Shown here piece after piece: positions 27,001-37,272 of a DNA stretch of 64,000 nucleotides. The notes under the pieces were generated by a model. That model did not search any database, was not told where the DNA came from, and saw nothing but the letters and a program-made list of their open reading frames with translations. A program made the translations under genes and the position numbers. Source of the DNA: Styela clava (lineage: Eukaryota). Within the stretch, counting starts at the first letter, position 1. Each line of letters starts with the position of its first letter. The stretch is taken from positions 26,908,001 through 26,972,000 of the forward strand of contig NC_135250.1 of NCBI RefSeq assembly GCF_964204865.1, written 5' to 3'.

Positions 27001-29368
27001 AATTATTGTCCCTGCCTCCAAATCCTGGATTCTGTCGATATGGTTGATTAGTTCTTTCGTTTCCATAATTATTGTCCCTTGCTCCATATCTTGGATCACC
27101 TATTTGGAATCCTGGATTCTGTAGATACGGTTGATTAGTTCTTGCGTATACATAACCATCGTCTCTTGCTCCATATCTTGCATTACCTCCTTCAAAGCCT
27201 GGATTCTGTCGATATGGTTGGTTAGGTCTTTCATTTCTAAAACCCTCATTTCTTGGACCGTATCTTTGATTCCTTTGTTGATGTCTGGGTCCTGTGATCA
27301 TTATAATATAAATTTGTGTTTGGAATAAATTTATTACACTGATGCTAGAACACAATTCACTCTTGATTGAATTCTTAAATCTTTTAAATGCACAATTTTG
27401 ATCCCTGAAATTCTTTCATTCCTGATATAAATTTGCGAGTGCGATGGACTAGCAGTTGAGCCATTAGACCTGACAGAGGTTCCTCCTATATTCAAATCTC
27501 ATGGCTCGGGTTCCAAATAGCGACTGTCAGAACATCGACTGTCATAATGGAAACTTCATAATAGCGACGTAATCAAGTGAGCGACTGTCATAATGGCGAC
27601 CGCATTAATTTCATATGATTTTAATAATAGACGCTAGAACAGACTTGAAAAAAGCCAAAAAAACGCCAAAAAGCCAAACGAAAATTCTGACGCCAAACGC
27701 GTTTGAAAAAAGTAAAAAATGGCAAATTTGGCGTTAAAAAAGCCAATATGGCAATCCTGATCCAGCCTGGATACCAAATGTCATGCCGCCATTGGACCAA
27801 GGATATAATAAATTAGCAATGCCGAACCAGGAAGGCCCTGGCTCCTTCCAATACCAGCAGTTTCTTTTATGTCTTTATTTATCCGTGGCACCTTGTATAG
27901 AGCGGGCCTTGTTCGAAAAAACAAAAAATAATAAGCCCCGTATAAAAAAAACAATAATGATTGACACTTTAATAGTTTATATATAATTCCCCCTTATTGG
28001 TATTCCAGAATTTCACCCAATTTTACCGCATTCGTGAATTATCACGATCTTTGACGAGCCCCAGGGTACATATATTTTTTCATTTATATTCAAGTTATAA
28101 GGGGAGATCTAGCACTCCTATGGAGCACTTTTGAGTCCTGTCTTTCCATTCCCATATGAAATATAGAACTTTCCATACTGTATTACTGTATGTTGTCATT
28201 TTAATATTATTTATTTACTTTATCTTATTACAGCATTTCAATCCCAAAATTTGGTATAATCATGCTAATGCTGTGTGTTTTTTTCACTTTTGAAATATAA
28301 ATAATTTTTTGAACCCCATACCTGTGTCATATCCTTGATGTTGTTCTGTAAGTTGCTGTATTACTGTAAGCTTGTAGTTTTCATTTCCAAAGGTATATTC
28401 ATTTAGACCAGCATTAAGAAATTTTTGCAAACCTAAATAAATATCAAAAATGTTAGAAACAAATAAATTGTTACCTATGGTGCAAATAATAAATAGATAA
28501 GATGCCTTAATCATATGAATAACTATGGCCTCGCTTCCAATTACCAGTCCATGCCGTGTATAAGAATAGATAACCAGCTATTTTTTTTAGAAGCATGGTT
28601 TTGATGGTAGAGGAGGCGATAAACTATGCCCGCGAGAAGTCAAGCAATCTTTTTGATCATAATTATTTCCCTCGAGATTTTAACCTGCATACCCACTAAC
28701 CAACGTCAAAATAATTCATAGACTAAGACGAGCGGTCGGAAATAAGACAAGATAAAATGGAAGATTTGATAGTTTTCACCAGTACTGAAAGTTCTAAGCA
28801 TGCTAGCAATGGTAATGCTGATTATCCTGCATGTCATCACAGTTTTGAGTTTTATTAAACATTTTTAGAAATTAAAATTACATTTTTTCTATCAAAAATC
28901 AATATGCAGAAATGTGAATAAAAGCCTCATTATTCTGGTGTCACAGATTAGTAAATATGTCAAACATATTTCTTGTCCACCACTACGGTAATGGTGTAAT
29001 AATTTTGGAAGAGAATGTCAATATAGAAAATGATGTTCCAATGTATTAGTGGCTGCTAAACCAGAGCCTTTCATGAAGTGAAAATATGACGAACGAATCA
29101 AAAAAAAACATCGGGAACTCACAAAACAAGATTAGAGAACTTCTAAACAAATTTTCAAATAATTACTCAAATTTATTACTTAATAATAAAAAATTACTCA
29201 AAAACAACAATTACCACGAGGATGTTTAAAAATGAACACCGCAACATCTGCTCTTTTCTCTACATCTTCTATTATATTAGGTCCTATGTTGTTTTCAACA
29301 AACAATTTTAATTTCACTTTATTAACCGAAGAGGGAAAACCAGTAACATGTACTGTTCTGTTTTCCAT
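1..29368 (-). CDS. PARP14: PARP14-like macro-PARP, copy L (32 coding exons, ~1865 aa visible; 3' end beyond left edge)
   Basis: GT-AG exons in transcription order: 29368-29215, 28432-28322, 27291-26724, 26186-26105, 25668-25587, 24627-24318, 21918-21770, 21265-21159, 20288-20153, 19457-19390, 18954-18780, 17514-17350, 16762-16554, 16055-15874, 15275-15147, 14394-14244, 13402-13276, 12532-12327, 11639-11384, 10719-10481, 9082-8914, 8490-8346, 7842-7626, 7155-6967, 6157-6056, 5659-5478, 4718-4565, 3865-3649, 2786-2556, 2062-1868, 1147-1011, 52-1. Cumulative phases match at every junction. It contains PARP14-type RRMs (HFENKKRSNGGPV, TFESKKRTDGGPV), KH-like segments (VTVTGLKESVDK, VTLQGPEVDV) and three macrodomains. 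Orthology to PARP14 rather than PARP9/15 is inferred from architecture; the ART domain is not visible. Confidence 0.88.
1297..1613. mobile_element. hAT (Buster/Charlie-like) MITE
   Basis: CAGGGTTGTGCAAC...TTTTACACCCCTG; TSD GTATGGAC/GTATAAAC. Confidence 0.7.
1868..3760 (-). CDS. Macrodomain 3 exons, copy L
   Basis: VSVYQGDITTQNCDVIVNSV; VITSSGNLPCRQIIHLV; SVSIPALGTGQL; INIVIYDQIMLQDF. Confidence 0.9.
2144..2461 (+). mobile_element. SINE family 1 copy
   Basis: GGTTCGATTCT B box, same body as 41324-41662, tail ATCCTATCCTAT. Confidence 0.8.
2880..3160 (+). mobile_element. SINE family 1, degenerate
   Basis: AGTTCGAGTCT B box remnant, body motifs, ATCCT tail. Confidence 0.65.
3939..4216. mobile_element. 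hAT-type MITE
   Basis: CAGTGATTTTCAACC...TAGAAAACCACTT with internal GGAACC motifs. Confidence 0.55.
4565..7010 (-). CDS. Macrodomain 2 exons, copy L
   Basis: VSLVQGDITARNDDVIVSISPP; SAVSKALLKKAG; FETSGGGLGCQRLYHGIV; RSIVFPAIATGGFKHP. Confidence 0.88.
6285..6632 (+). mobile_element. SINE family 1, degenerate
   Basis: GCTAGACTCC...TAGGGTGGT...CCCATACTCGACA...GGGATAGATATGAAAATCCCATCCT. Confidence 0.65.
6690..6910. mobile_element. Merlin-like MITE
   Basis: CAAAAATG|GGCGCTCC start, family body, degenerate far end. Confidence 0.7.
7080..9082 (-). CDS. Macrodomain 1 exons, copy L (hydrolase-type motifs)
   Basis: VWKVDITKHTCDVIVNTSNPELKLLAGGVSGVI; PGDAVLTGAGNSPSCKKIVHAVGPRW; SIAMPAISCGVFGG. Confidence 0.9.
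7885..8245 (+). mobile_element. SINE family 1, degenerate (paralogous copy 61690-62235, interrupted by a MITE)
   Basis: GCACCTTTGATTACCCTGCGTAGGTTGAAATCC...GTAACCGGACGAG. Confidence 0.6.
9306..10253. mobile_element. hAT-type non-autonomous element, copy L only
   Basis: TIR TAGGGCTGTCCAA/TTGGACAGCCCTA, perfect 8-bp TSD TTCACAAC, subterminal TCGAA motifs. Confidence 0.85.
10849..11180 (+). mobile_element. SINE family 1 copy
   Basis: GGGTTCGAAACC B box, body and tail. Only the head remains at the paralogous site ~59340-59400. Confidence 0.75.
12887..13049. mobile_element. Truncated Merlin-like MITE abutting a hAT-type end (paralogous copy ~57635-57797)
   Basis: TATGTACCAGGTTAGGGTTAGGCC body, followed by CAGCGGTTCCCAACC at 13050. 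Confidence 0.65.
17090..17340 (+). mobile_element. SINE family 1, 5'-truncated (paralogous copy 53396-53640)
   Basis: GGATTGCTAGACTTCTC...CCATACCCGACATAGATTGGTAACTGG. Confidence 0.65.
17671..17886. mobile_element. Merlin-like MITE (paralogous copy 52849-53064)
   Basis: Perfect 8-bp TSD GTTTTACC; internal CCTAACCCTAACC. Confidence 0.8.
18490..18700. repeat. ~134-bp tandem duplication (paralogous copy ~52380-52590)
   Basis: Two copies of CAGTCTC.TCTAGTT.TGAATGAG.ACA.C.GACTGTGGTTTTAGCAAATTC. Confidence 0.7.
19611..19824. mobile_element. Merlin-like MITE with telomeric motif (paralogous copy 51228-51441)
   Basis: Termini GGCGCTCC...GGAGTACC, inner TIR TATGTGTACCA, perfect 8-bp TSD CAAAAATG. 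Confidence 0.8.
20830..21090 (+). mobile_element. SINE family 1, degenerate (paralogous copy 49910-50170)
   Basis: Body motifs and CCCCTGGGATAAGTATAAAAAATCTCATCCT end. Confidence 0.65.
22642..22900 (+). mobile_element. Helentron/HINE-like non-autonomous element, copy L only
   Basis: Starts AAACGAG, ends in an (ACAG)n microsatellite, absent at paralogous site ~48410. Class assigned by resemblance only. Confidence 0.5.
25017..25244. mobile_element. Merlin-like MITE, symmetric subtype (paralogous copy 46088-46315)
   Basis: TSD CAAAGCTG on both sides; ~70-bp inverted arms each with GGTTAGGGTTAGG. Confidence 0.8.
25245..25510. repeat. ~160-bp diverged tandem duplication
   Basis: CAAAGCTGTACCTGTTT at 25245 and 25406, with continuing similarity. 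Confidence 0.6.
26724..27291 (-). repeat. Coding tandem repeat exon (two 87-nt then 66-nt units; NERTDQPYRQNPGFGGRDNNYG), 6 cores
   Basis: Direct translation. CAG acceptor at 27294-27292 and GT donor after 26724, both in phase with flanking exons. Confidence 0.9.
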
Positions 29369-32292
29369 AACTCTTATTACATCTGTAAAATGGGTAACAG
29401 GAAATGAAATTATGAAATGGATTATGTAAGTATTCTATGTATCATATTTCCGGCAGCTAATAGGCCAATTTTCGGGGTTTGGCTTATTAGATGGCTTGGC
29501 TTATCCTATTTTCTCTGGAGTCGATTTATTATCAGTTATGGACCAAAAAATGAAAAAAGAGGATGATAACATGCCTTACCCTTCAGTTTTCATGAATAGG
29601 CAGGCGTTTTTATACTGCAAATTCGGAATATCTCTGATTTTTATTATTAGTGCTAAAAATTAGCCTCAACTTGTTTAATGAGTCAGCTTATTAGCCAGGA
29701 AATATGGTAATAGGTGTTACACTTTACCATATTGGGATCACAAGTTAAAATCTTGGATTCAAATCCCACGGCCTCCCCCTCGCCAAGGCTGTATGTAGTA
29801 AACTAGGTGGGCATTGCTGAAACAAGAAATAAGGTGCTTGTGCAAAACTTGTTCAAAGAAAAAGATGTATGAATATGTTGCATAAAAAATAGGTATCCAG
29901 TAGTATAAGTATAAAGTATAGTAAAACTTGTCAAAATTCGTCTAATTAAAAATTTTTTTTTTTTTTAATTAGTTGAGTAGACTATTTGAAATCCAAGAAG
30001 AGTGCTAAAATAATAAATTATTCGAATACGGATAAAATTATAGAAAAAAAAAACAGAAATTTCAATCACTTAAATTCTTTCAAGTTTATGAGTGCGCAAC
30101 CTTTAATACAGAAGGGCCACATTCAAATAACTGAAAGAAACCGTGGGCCGCATCTTTTTTAACATTTGCTTCCAAGTACCGTACTTGCACAAACAAAAAT
30201 TTTGGCTTCACACTAGCCAGCTGCTAGGGCATTGTAATGACATAAAAATTGGACTCAGGTATAGGCTTTGCAACGCAAGTGGATTGAGATTACTCACACA
30301 TACCAGATTAAACTACCGGTAAATTAGAATTTCTTCTGCGGGCCGCACAAAATTCAAAATTGGCATGTCTCCGCAGGCCGTAATTTTTCTTTGTGGGCTG
30401 CAGGTTGTACACCCCTGCTTTGAGCGACTATTAAAAATGGTTGAAGTTGCACGAAGGCTACTTTTATAATTTTCATATTTATTTTGAGTGATATGAGGAA
30501 AAAAATTTCACCCAATGGTCCGCTAATATATTTTAATTAATGGGAACACTTTTTATGAAATATTTGAACAATTTATTCTATTTCCATTTTCCGCCTCTTT
30601 TTGCTTTTCTGCCAATCTTTCCAGCAAACTGGGTGCTGTACTAAGACTTTATCATATCGATATGTTAGGTTTGTGTCCATATACGAGTATTTGACCATTG
30701 CTCTCGTTTCAATTAGATTATGTTTTGACATTTTGTCCACTTGGAATTCTATCAGCTTTATTTATAAAGATCATATAAAGGTAGCGTATCTTGAGTAGGA
30801 GGTATCTTTGAGTAGCTATGCCACCGTGCGCACCACCTCACCCAGGTTGTAATAAATTGGGTGACAAAGAAGAAACCGGTCATTCTATTCTATAGTAAAT
30901 TCTCACCCAGCAGTGACTGCTTGTTCAGAGTCTTGTTTGGAGCAAAACACATATACATTCATCCTAAAAAAATCATTGATTCAAAAAATGGACATGTTGT
31001 GAGCTGCGCCTTATAGCCATCATCTAACTCTAACATTGTCAAACTACGGCCAGCGAGCCAAATTCAACCTGTTTCAGCTAAAAAATAGCTCAAGGAATTT
31101 GTTGATATTGTTATTAAACTTAGTTTTAGCACGAGGCTTATTGTTTTTCACTTTTGCATTTGTAAGACTGTAAATAATGTTCGTAAAATGTAACTTTACG
31201 CTACACTTACATGGCTCGCCAGTCTAAATGGGGAATATTTTCGACCTTTGGTCCAAAAATCTTGCCCCTCCCCCCTCCCTAATCTAACTGCATTGAACTA
31301 ACCAAGGGCACTTACATATAATTCAATATAAAATGAAAAGCACTGAAGCGTGACAGCCGAATTTTAGTCCCTATACTGAAAAAATACTATGACTGTATCA
31401 AATCGGAGATGTATTGAAACTTGTGTGGCTATTATAGATTTTTAGACCAAAGGTATGCAGGCCCATAAGAAAAATTTGTTAGCCAGCGGAGAAGTAGCAA
31501 TTTTGAATGGTGTGCAGCGCACAAAATGAGTTTTAAATTTAGTTTAATCTGGTACGTGTGAGTAATCCCAATACCTTTGCTTTGCAAGGCTAAACCTGAG
31601 TTCAATTTATTATATATGCCTATGAATCCTATGAATTAACAATGCCCTAACAGCTAGCTTGTGTGAAGTGAACAATGCATCTCATAAAATCATTACCCAA
31701 ATAATTAATCATCATTTTCTGCCTGCAACTACTAGAAAGCCTATGTTGAGGTGCGGCTCGCGGTTTAACCCGGATAATTGTATGTGGCTTTTCTGTATTA
31801 AAGGTTGCACACCCCTGGCAGTCTGGTCTAGACTAAATATCTTCTAATCTTATCTAATTCCAGAACCAAAGAGTTCTCCAAATCCAATTTCAGCATGTTT
31901 TCATCAAATTTTACTAAATTAGACAATTTCGAACTGATAAGTATGTTGACAGTAGCACAAGATTAAATGATTGTTTTGTAATTACTTGGGCTTGGAATTT
32001 CAGTAAAAATACTTTATCGTGTCAGTATGCTAATATCCCTGCAACCGAATGCCCATTGAATAGACGCTCTTGGTATAAAATCGTAAACATTATATTCTGA
32101 TCGAAAACTGATTCTGAACTTATTATTGTCAAATTTTCATAATCAGCACTACTAATACTTCAATTATTTCCCTATATAATTTTTGGTGCTTACCAATTAA
32201 ATTAGTGATATCCTTTTGAATTGAACGCCGCGAGAGATAAATTAGCAAACAACTGATCATTTTTTGAAAAAATTGTACGGTATTAGAAATTG

Positions 32293-33203
32293 GGGTCTAG
32301 TGTAGTTTTTTACCTAACGTACTTTTAGTGGTTGTAGCATAATCATTTTTTGATATGTCAATCCTAAATCCCATCTGACCACGCCATCCAAAAATTACGT
32401 CACTACGACATCACAATCACATCCTAGAGCTTGCCAAATATATACGTACAATCGCCCGAAATGGCATTGGCGCCGACGATAAAGAACTGTCAGACGTTAT
32501 CGATCTCTCTCCTATTGGAATCGTTGCGACGAGAAAACGATAGAAATACCTGTTTGATTTTGGGTGCTCGTTTGCGTCTTGGATGGCAGTTCGTATAGTT
32601 TGACGGGTCTCGTGTAGTTTCGTACCTAACATACTTCTAGTGGGCGTAGCATGACAATTTTTTCACGTATCAATCCTAAACGTCACCTGACTACACCATC
32701 CTAAAATCACATCATTGCGACGTCACAGTGACGTAATAGAGCCCTTCAAACTATACAAACTGCCATCCAAGACGCGCAAACGAGCACCCGAAATCGAACA
32801 GTTATTTCTCTCGTTTTCTCATCGCAACGATTCCAATAGCAGAGAAATCGATAACGTCAGTCAGTTCTTTATCGTCGGCGCCAATGCCATTTCGGGTGAT
32901 CGTACATATATTTGGCAAGCTCTATGACGTGATTGTGATGTCGTAGTGAAGTAATTTTTGGATGGCGTAGTCAGATGGGGGTTAGGATTGACATATCAAA
33001 AAATTGTTATGCTACGCCCACTACTGCACTAGAAGTACGTTAGGTACGAAACTACACGAGACCCGGTCTGTATTACGTCACTGTGACGTCGTATTGCTGT
33101 AATTTTTGAATGGTGTCGTCAGGTGGGGGTTAGGATTGATACGTGAAAAAATTGTCATGCTACGCCCACTAGAAGTATGTTAGGTACGAAACTACATGAG
33201 ACC
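32293..33203. mobile_element. Modular foldback / MULE-like non-autonomous element
   Basis: 9-bp TSD TAGAAATTG at 32284-32292 and 33204-33212; termini GGGTCT...GAGACC; long internal inverted repeats. Confidence 0.8.
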
Positions 33204-33521
33204 TAGAAATTGTACCTGCTATTAATATAAGTTTATATCCAATGGAAAATCTGTTCTGTCCTACAGTCCTAGCTGCCTTATTCTTTGGACAATAAAGGAA
33301 CATATATGAATGGTTCTTTATACCCGTGAAGTGAGCTCACTACATATCTTTAAACCTATAGCCTTTATCGAAATATAGACCTAAACTAAGTAACCAACGG
33401 AATACAAATCTGCCCGAAACAAACACATTACCGTATACCGCCTGAACAACATCTAGACGCCTAAACGCGGATATATTTTGGCAAAACGATCGAACCCGCT
33501 GTTTCATTTCGGGGGAATTAC

Positions 33522-33595
33522 CTTTTCTCGTCGACGGGGATTTTCTACTCGACAACAGGCTGGCCGGTGTAGTACAGCATCGGTGATAAGGGTAG
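33522..33595 (-). promoter_or_regulatory. Putative non-coding first exon / TSS region, copy L
   Basis: CpG-richer block conserved with 40015-40091, ending in GAGAAAAG|GTAATT. The ATG exon has an acceptor 14 nt upstream of the ATG, so it needs an upstream exon or trans-splicing. Confidence 0.5.
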
Positions 33596-34145
33596 AGATA
33601 AAAATATCGTGCAGAGAGCGAGTTTTATTAATACGATTTCCTTGTACTAGTCAACCGTATTGGATAGATTAATTTTATAACTAACTTTTACTAATAGCCA
33701 CGGAAAGTTGAAGTGAATTTGGATACAATTCACTAACTTTGATTTGTATCTGAGCTCAAAATTCCTTTTATCTCCTAATCAAATCCATTTTGTTGTGAAC
33801 AAGCGCTTGCTTCTGAACTAAATTACCTCATTATAACACCAACATTGACGTACACAACGTAATGATATGCATTGATCTTGTTGGCATGACATAATGCTAT
33901 TTTACGTAGCCATTCTATTGTACAAAACTAATAGATGACGCATGATGCCATAAGTCGGTGGCGTATCAATACGCTGCCTTTCAAGCTAAATATCTGAGTA
34001 AAGATATGAGATCTCTCAATTTCGAAATCACACTGTAAGAGTTGTTGAAGAAAACGACAAACAAAGAATAGGCCTACATTTTGGAATTTAGAAGATGAGT
34101 ACTTGCACAGTTGCACTTTTCGCTCAGAACGAGAAGCCGCTAAAA

Positions 34146-34456
34146 CAGACATGGGCAAAGTACGACCTGCGGGCCAAATCCGGCCCGGCGGGTAATTCAA
34201 TCTGGCCCGCTTGATGCTGCCACAACCAAACTGAAACCAAATTTTCATGTTTCAGTTAAAAATAGCTCACGGAATTTGTTCAGATTGCGGTTAAATTTAG
34301 TTTTGGCACCAGGTTTATTGTTTTCCACTGTTGCTTTCGTAACACTGTAAACATTGTTCATGAAATGTAACTCTCTACGTCATACTTACTACTCATGGTC
34401 CGCCAGTCTAGGTGGGCAAAATTTGGCTCTTGATTCAAAAACCGTGCCCGCCCCTG
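34146..34456. mobile_element. hAT MITE
   Basis: CAGACATGGGCA...TGCCCGCCCCTG; TSD CGCTAAAA/TGCTAAAA; degraded relative at ~31030-31270. Confidence 0.75.
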
Positions 34457-34912
34457 TGCTAAAATCTAAAGATTTGTAGATAGCTGCTGCTTAGACCAGG
34501 ATCCCTCCGGTTCAGCATTGCCTACCCAATGTATTACACCTTGGGTGGGATGGGTGACATGATATTCGAACTAGAGATGTGTAATATGTGATGCCAGCAT
34601 AGTTAGACTGGATGTTTTGTACCAAACACCCGCCAAAAAACACTCCAGCAACCACTCAAAAAATACTAATTATCACCTACCCAGTTAGGAAGGCAGATTG
34701 CGCTGAAAATTCAGATCATTCTTTACCCTAACTGGATATTCACTAATTTGTTATTTTAAAACGTGGCGGGGTGATACCACTTTCCCAACTCTCACATTTT
34801 CATTGGCGTTGGGGGCTTTGTATAAAAAAAAAAACGTTTAACTTCTAACTGCGAGGCCCTCACGCCGCCCGAAACCCCAGGCGATCGACTTCTTTTATTA
34901 AATTATTTAATT

Positions 34913-35145
34913 GGTACTCCCGTAATATGTGCAAGATGGCGGACACCGAAACGTGGTATGTGTATCAGGTTAGGGTTAGGCCATAATTTCAGGTACAAAT
35001 ACTACGAGAGGCACTTGGCTAGTTCCCGAACTCGTAATAGAACTAAAATAAAGAAAACTGGAATAAAATTATGGCCTAACCCTAACCTGGTACACATACT
35101 ACGTTCAGGTGTCCGCCATCTTGTTGCACATACTACGGGAGCGGC
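34913..35145. mobile_element. Merlin-like MITE, symmetric subtype, in spacer
   Basis: Inverted arms with CAAGATGGCGG and GGTTAGGGTTAGG; TSD ATTTAATT/ATTTATTT. Confidence 0.8.
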
Positions 35146-35409
35146 ATTTATTTCTTGGAATCTCTCTTCCAGGACAGCGAGTATACATGAATTTATATTC
35201 ACTATATTTTTTTATTTGTAGTCGTGCCCGTATTTGTGTTTTTCCATACGGGACAGACACGTTTAACATTAACTGTGTATTTGTTATTTGTATTTAATAT
35301 GTGCATTGAGAGTGTAGAAGTGCTTTTAACCGGGGTTCCGCATTGCTCTATGGTTCCGCCAATGCCCAGAGGCACTGGAAGTTTTCATTCGAATACAAAG
35401 TCTATATTA

Positions 35410-35682
35410 CGATAGGATTTTTAAAGAAATCCGATTTTATCCAAAAGGCGTCCGGTATATCTCGTCCGGTTACCAGTCCATGTCAGGTTTGTGATTACAT
35501 GAAGTTGTAAAGAAGGAAGCTGTAATTGACCGGTTGTTACGTTAAACACCCCACGGCTGGTCCAGCAATCCTCCCGAACACAGTTATACCACATGAATTG
35601 AACCTGCGAATCCACGCAGGATAATCAGAGGCCCCACGGCAAACGTATTAGTAACGCTATATCACGATGTGCCACACCGCCG
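35410..35682 (-). mobile_element. SINE family 1 with internal deletions
   Basis: Reverse complement of GGCGGTGTGGC head, GGTTCAATTC B box, ATCCTAT tail. Confidence 0.7.
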
Positions 35683-36225
35683 CTGACTAGAAAAGACGAC
35701 GCATGCTAGAAAAAATGCATAATCGTTTTCTTCATTCACATGCGTTCTTTATATACTAACACAACTCATTTTAGTTCTAATTTTACAGCGATGGGTTGCA
35801 CAATGTTGGCATCGCAGGCTAAATTCATGCTCACTGACTTTGGAAATGACCAGGGCCGTATCTACATAAAATGGAACCCATTATAAAATTAAGAAATACG
35901 CCACGTAACCGTTGTCTGGCAATTTTTAACATTAAATACTTGCGCGTTATTATTAATGTAAAAATAGGAGTTCCAGTTATTTCCATTTTGAAATTATCTT
36001 ATTGATACATTTTACGATTACAAATTTTAGCCGATTTTGCGCCCCAATCCAAACGGCTCTCTTGGTACGAGCAATGGTCGCCACGCCCTATACGCCACTG
36101 GATATAACTATTATACAATGCCGAACCGGAAAGATTCAGGCCCTTTCAAAGATAGTAGCACTTTTTATATCAGTGAATGGCTTGTACAAAACCTTTTTAG
36201 AAATGAAGACGTGAGAAGATAATGC

Positions 36226-36494
36226 AAACAAGAGAGCTATGCCCAAATATGTGGACACGTCACAAAGTGTCGCTATTTTTTTTATTCTGACACATAAAAA
36301 ACGAATCTCTTGAAGTCCACAGAAACTATTGAAATAAGTAATAGCCTTCTGGCCAAATAATCAATCTTTAACCACTGAAAATTTCAAAGCAATTGGACCA
36401 GTATTCAAAGAGAAAAGAGATTTTATCATGACGAAGAAGAAAAACAACAACATAATATTGAAACGATCGTTATGTACACTGACGTGTCCAATAA
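36226..36494 (+). mobile_element. Helentron/HINE-like element
   Basis: AAACAAGAG start; subterminal inverted repeat TGGACACGTC/GACGTGTCCA. Confidence 0.45.
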
Positions 36495-36841
36495 TAAATC
36501 CGCAGTATTCACATCAACTTAATTGATTACCTTGAAAAGTTACAGTTCTAGATCAGCAATATAACTCGAACCACAAGAAAGGCAATCTACAAGTATAGGT
36601 ATTTCGAACTTGTGTCAAACGGCAACCCAAATATATATTTGGAAGAGGTTCAAATTGAACTTGACATAGTGTGGCTATTTTTATTTGTTGAAAAAGGCAT
36701 CTGATTCACCAGAAATGAAAAAAAAAATTGTACCCCTTCGAATAACATAGGTACCGGAGCTTTTTAGAGTAGCACGACGAAGCAATTGAGCAAGAGCGGT
36801 TCAGCTCATTGTTAAAAGAAGTATATTAGTGCTCCGAAATC

Positions 36842-37272
36842 CAGGCTTGTCCATGGGAAACGTCCCATAGGATGGGATAGGACAGCACACATTTGTATTT
36901 CCCACGGGACACGTAGAACACGAAAACCGTACGATTTTTGAGGAAATGATGGTGAAACATTGCGTTGCAGATTTCGTGTCCATATATTTGAGCATAACTC
37001 TCTTGTTGATTATAAAGAGCAAAATATATTCAGCAATAACAATATTCTTCGTGAAGGGGATGATAGTTATGAATATAAGGTTGCCAAAGTCCGTAATTTT
37101 TGTAGTTTTGAATGTCTATTTGTACATGTAGTCCTATTTAGTAGACGCTAAACCTAAATTTAGCAGTTTTTATTAAATTTTTTTCCAATGGAATCCCATG
37201 GGATGGGATGGGACATACTTAATTGCTATGGGATGGGAATGAGACAAAATATAGGTCCCATGGGCAAGCCTG
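36842..37272. mobile_element. TIR element with (TGGGA)n subterminal motifs
   Basis: TIR CAGGCTTGTCCATGGGA/TCCCATGGGCAAGCCTG; flanked by a 20-bp direct repeat. Confidence 0.8.

Larger units (their letters stand above)
6050..33650. repeat. Left arm of large inverted duplication
   Basis: Reverse complement matches 38588-63760 exon by exon and across many introns, e.g. 29100 pairs with 42257, 17514 with 53221, 6157 with 63649. Confidence 0.95.

Noticed and set aside
26746-27124. Overlapping ORFs in other frames and on the opposite strand (also 44060-44576)
   Set aside because: A by-product of a 66-nt unit lacking stops in several frames. Only the GPRHQQ...FxR frame has in-phase splice sites and leads into an RRM.
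33700-33735. ISRE/IRF element upstream of copy L
   Set aside because: GGAAAGTTGAAGTGAA does not match GAAANNGAAA, and I found no counterpart for copy R.
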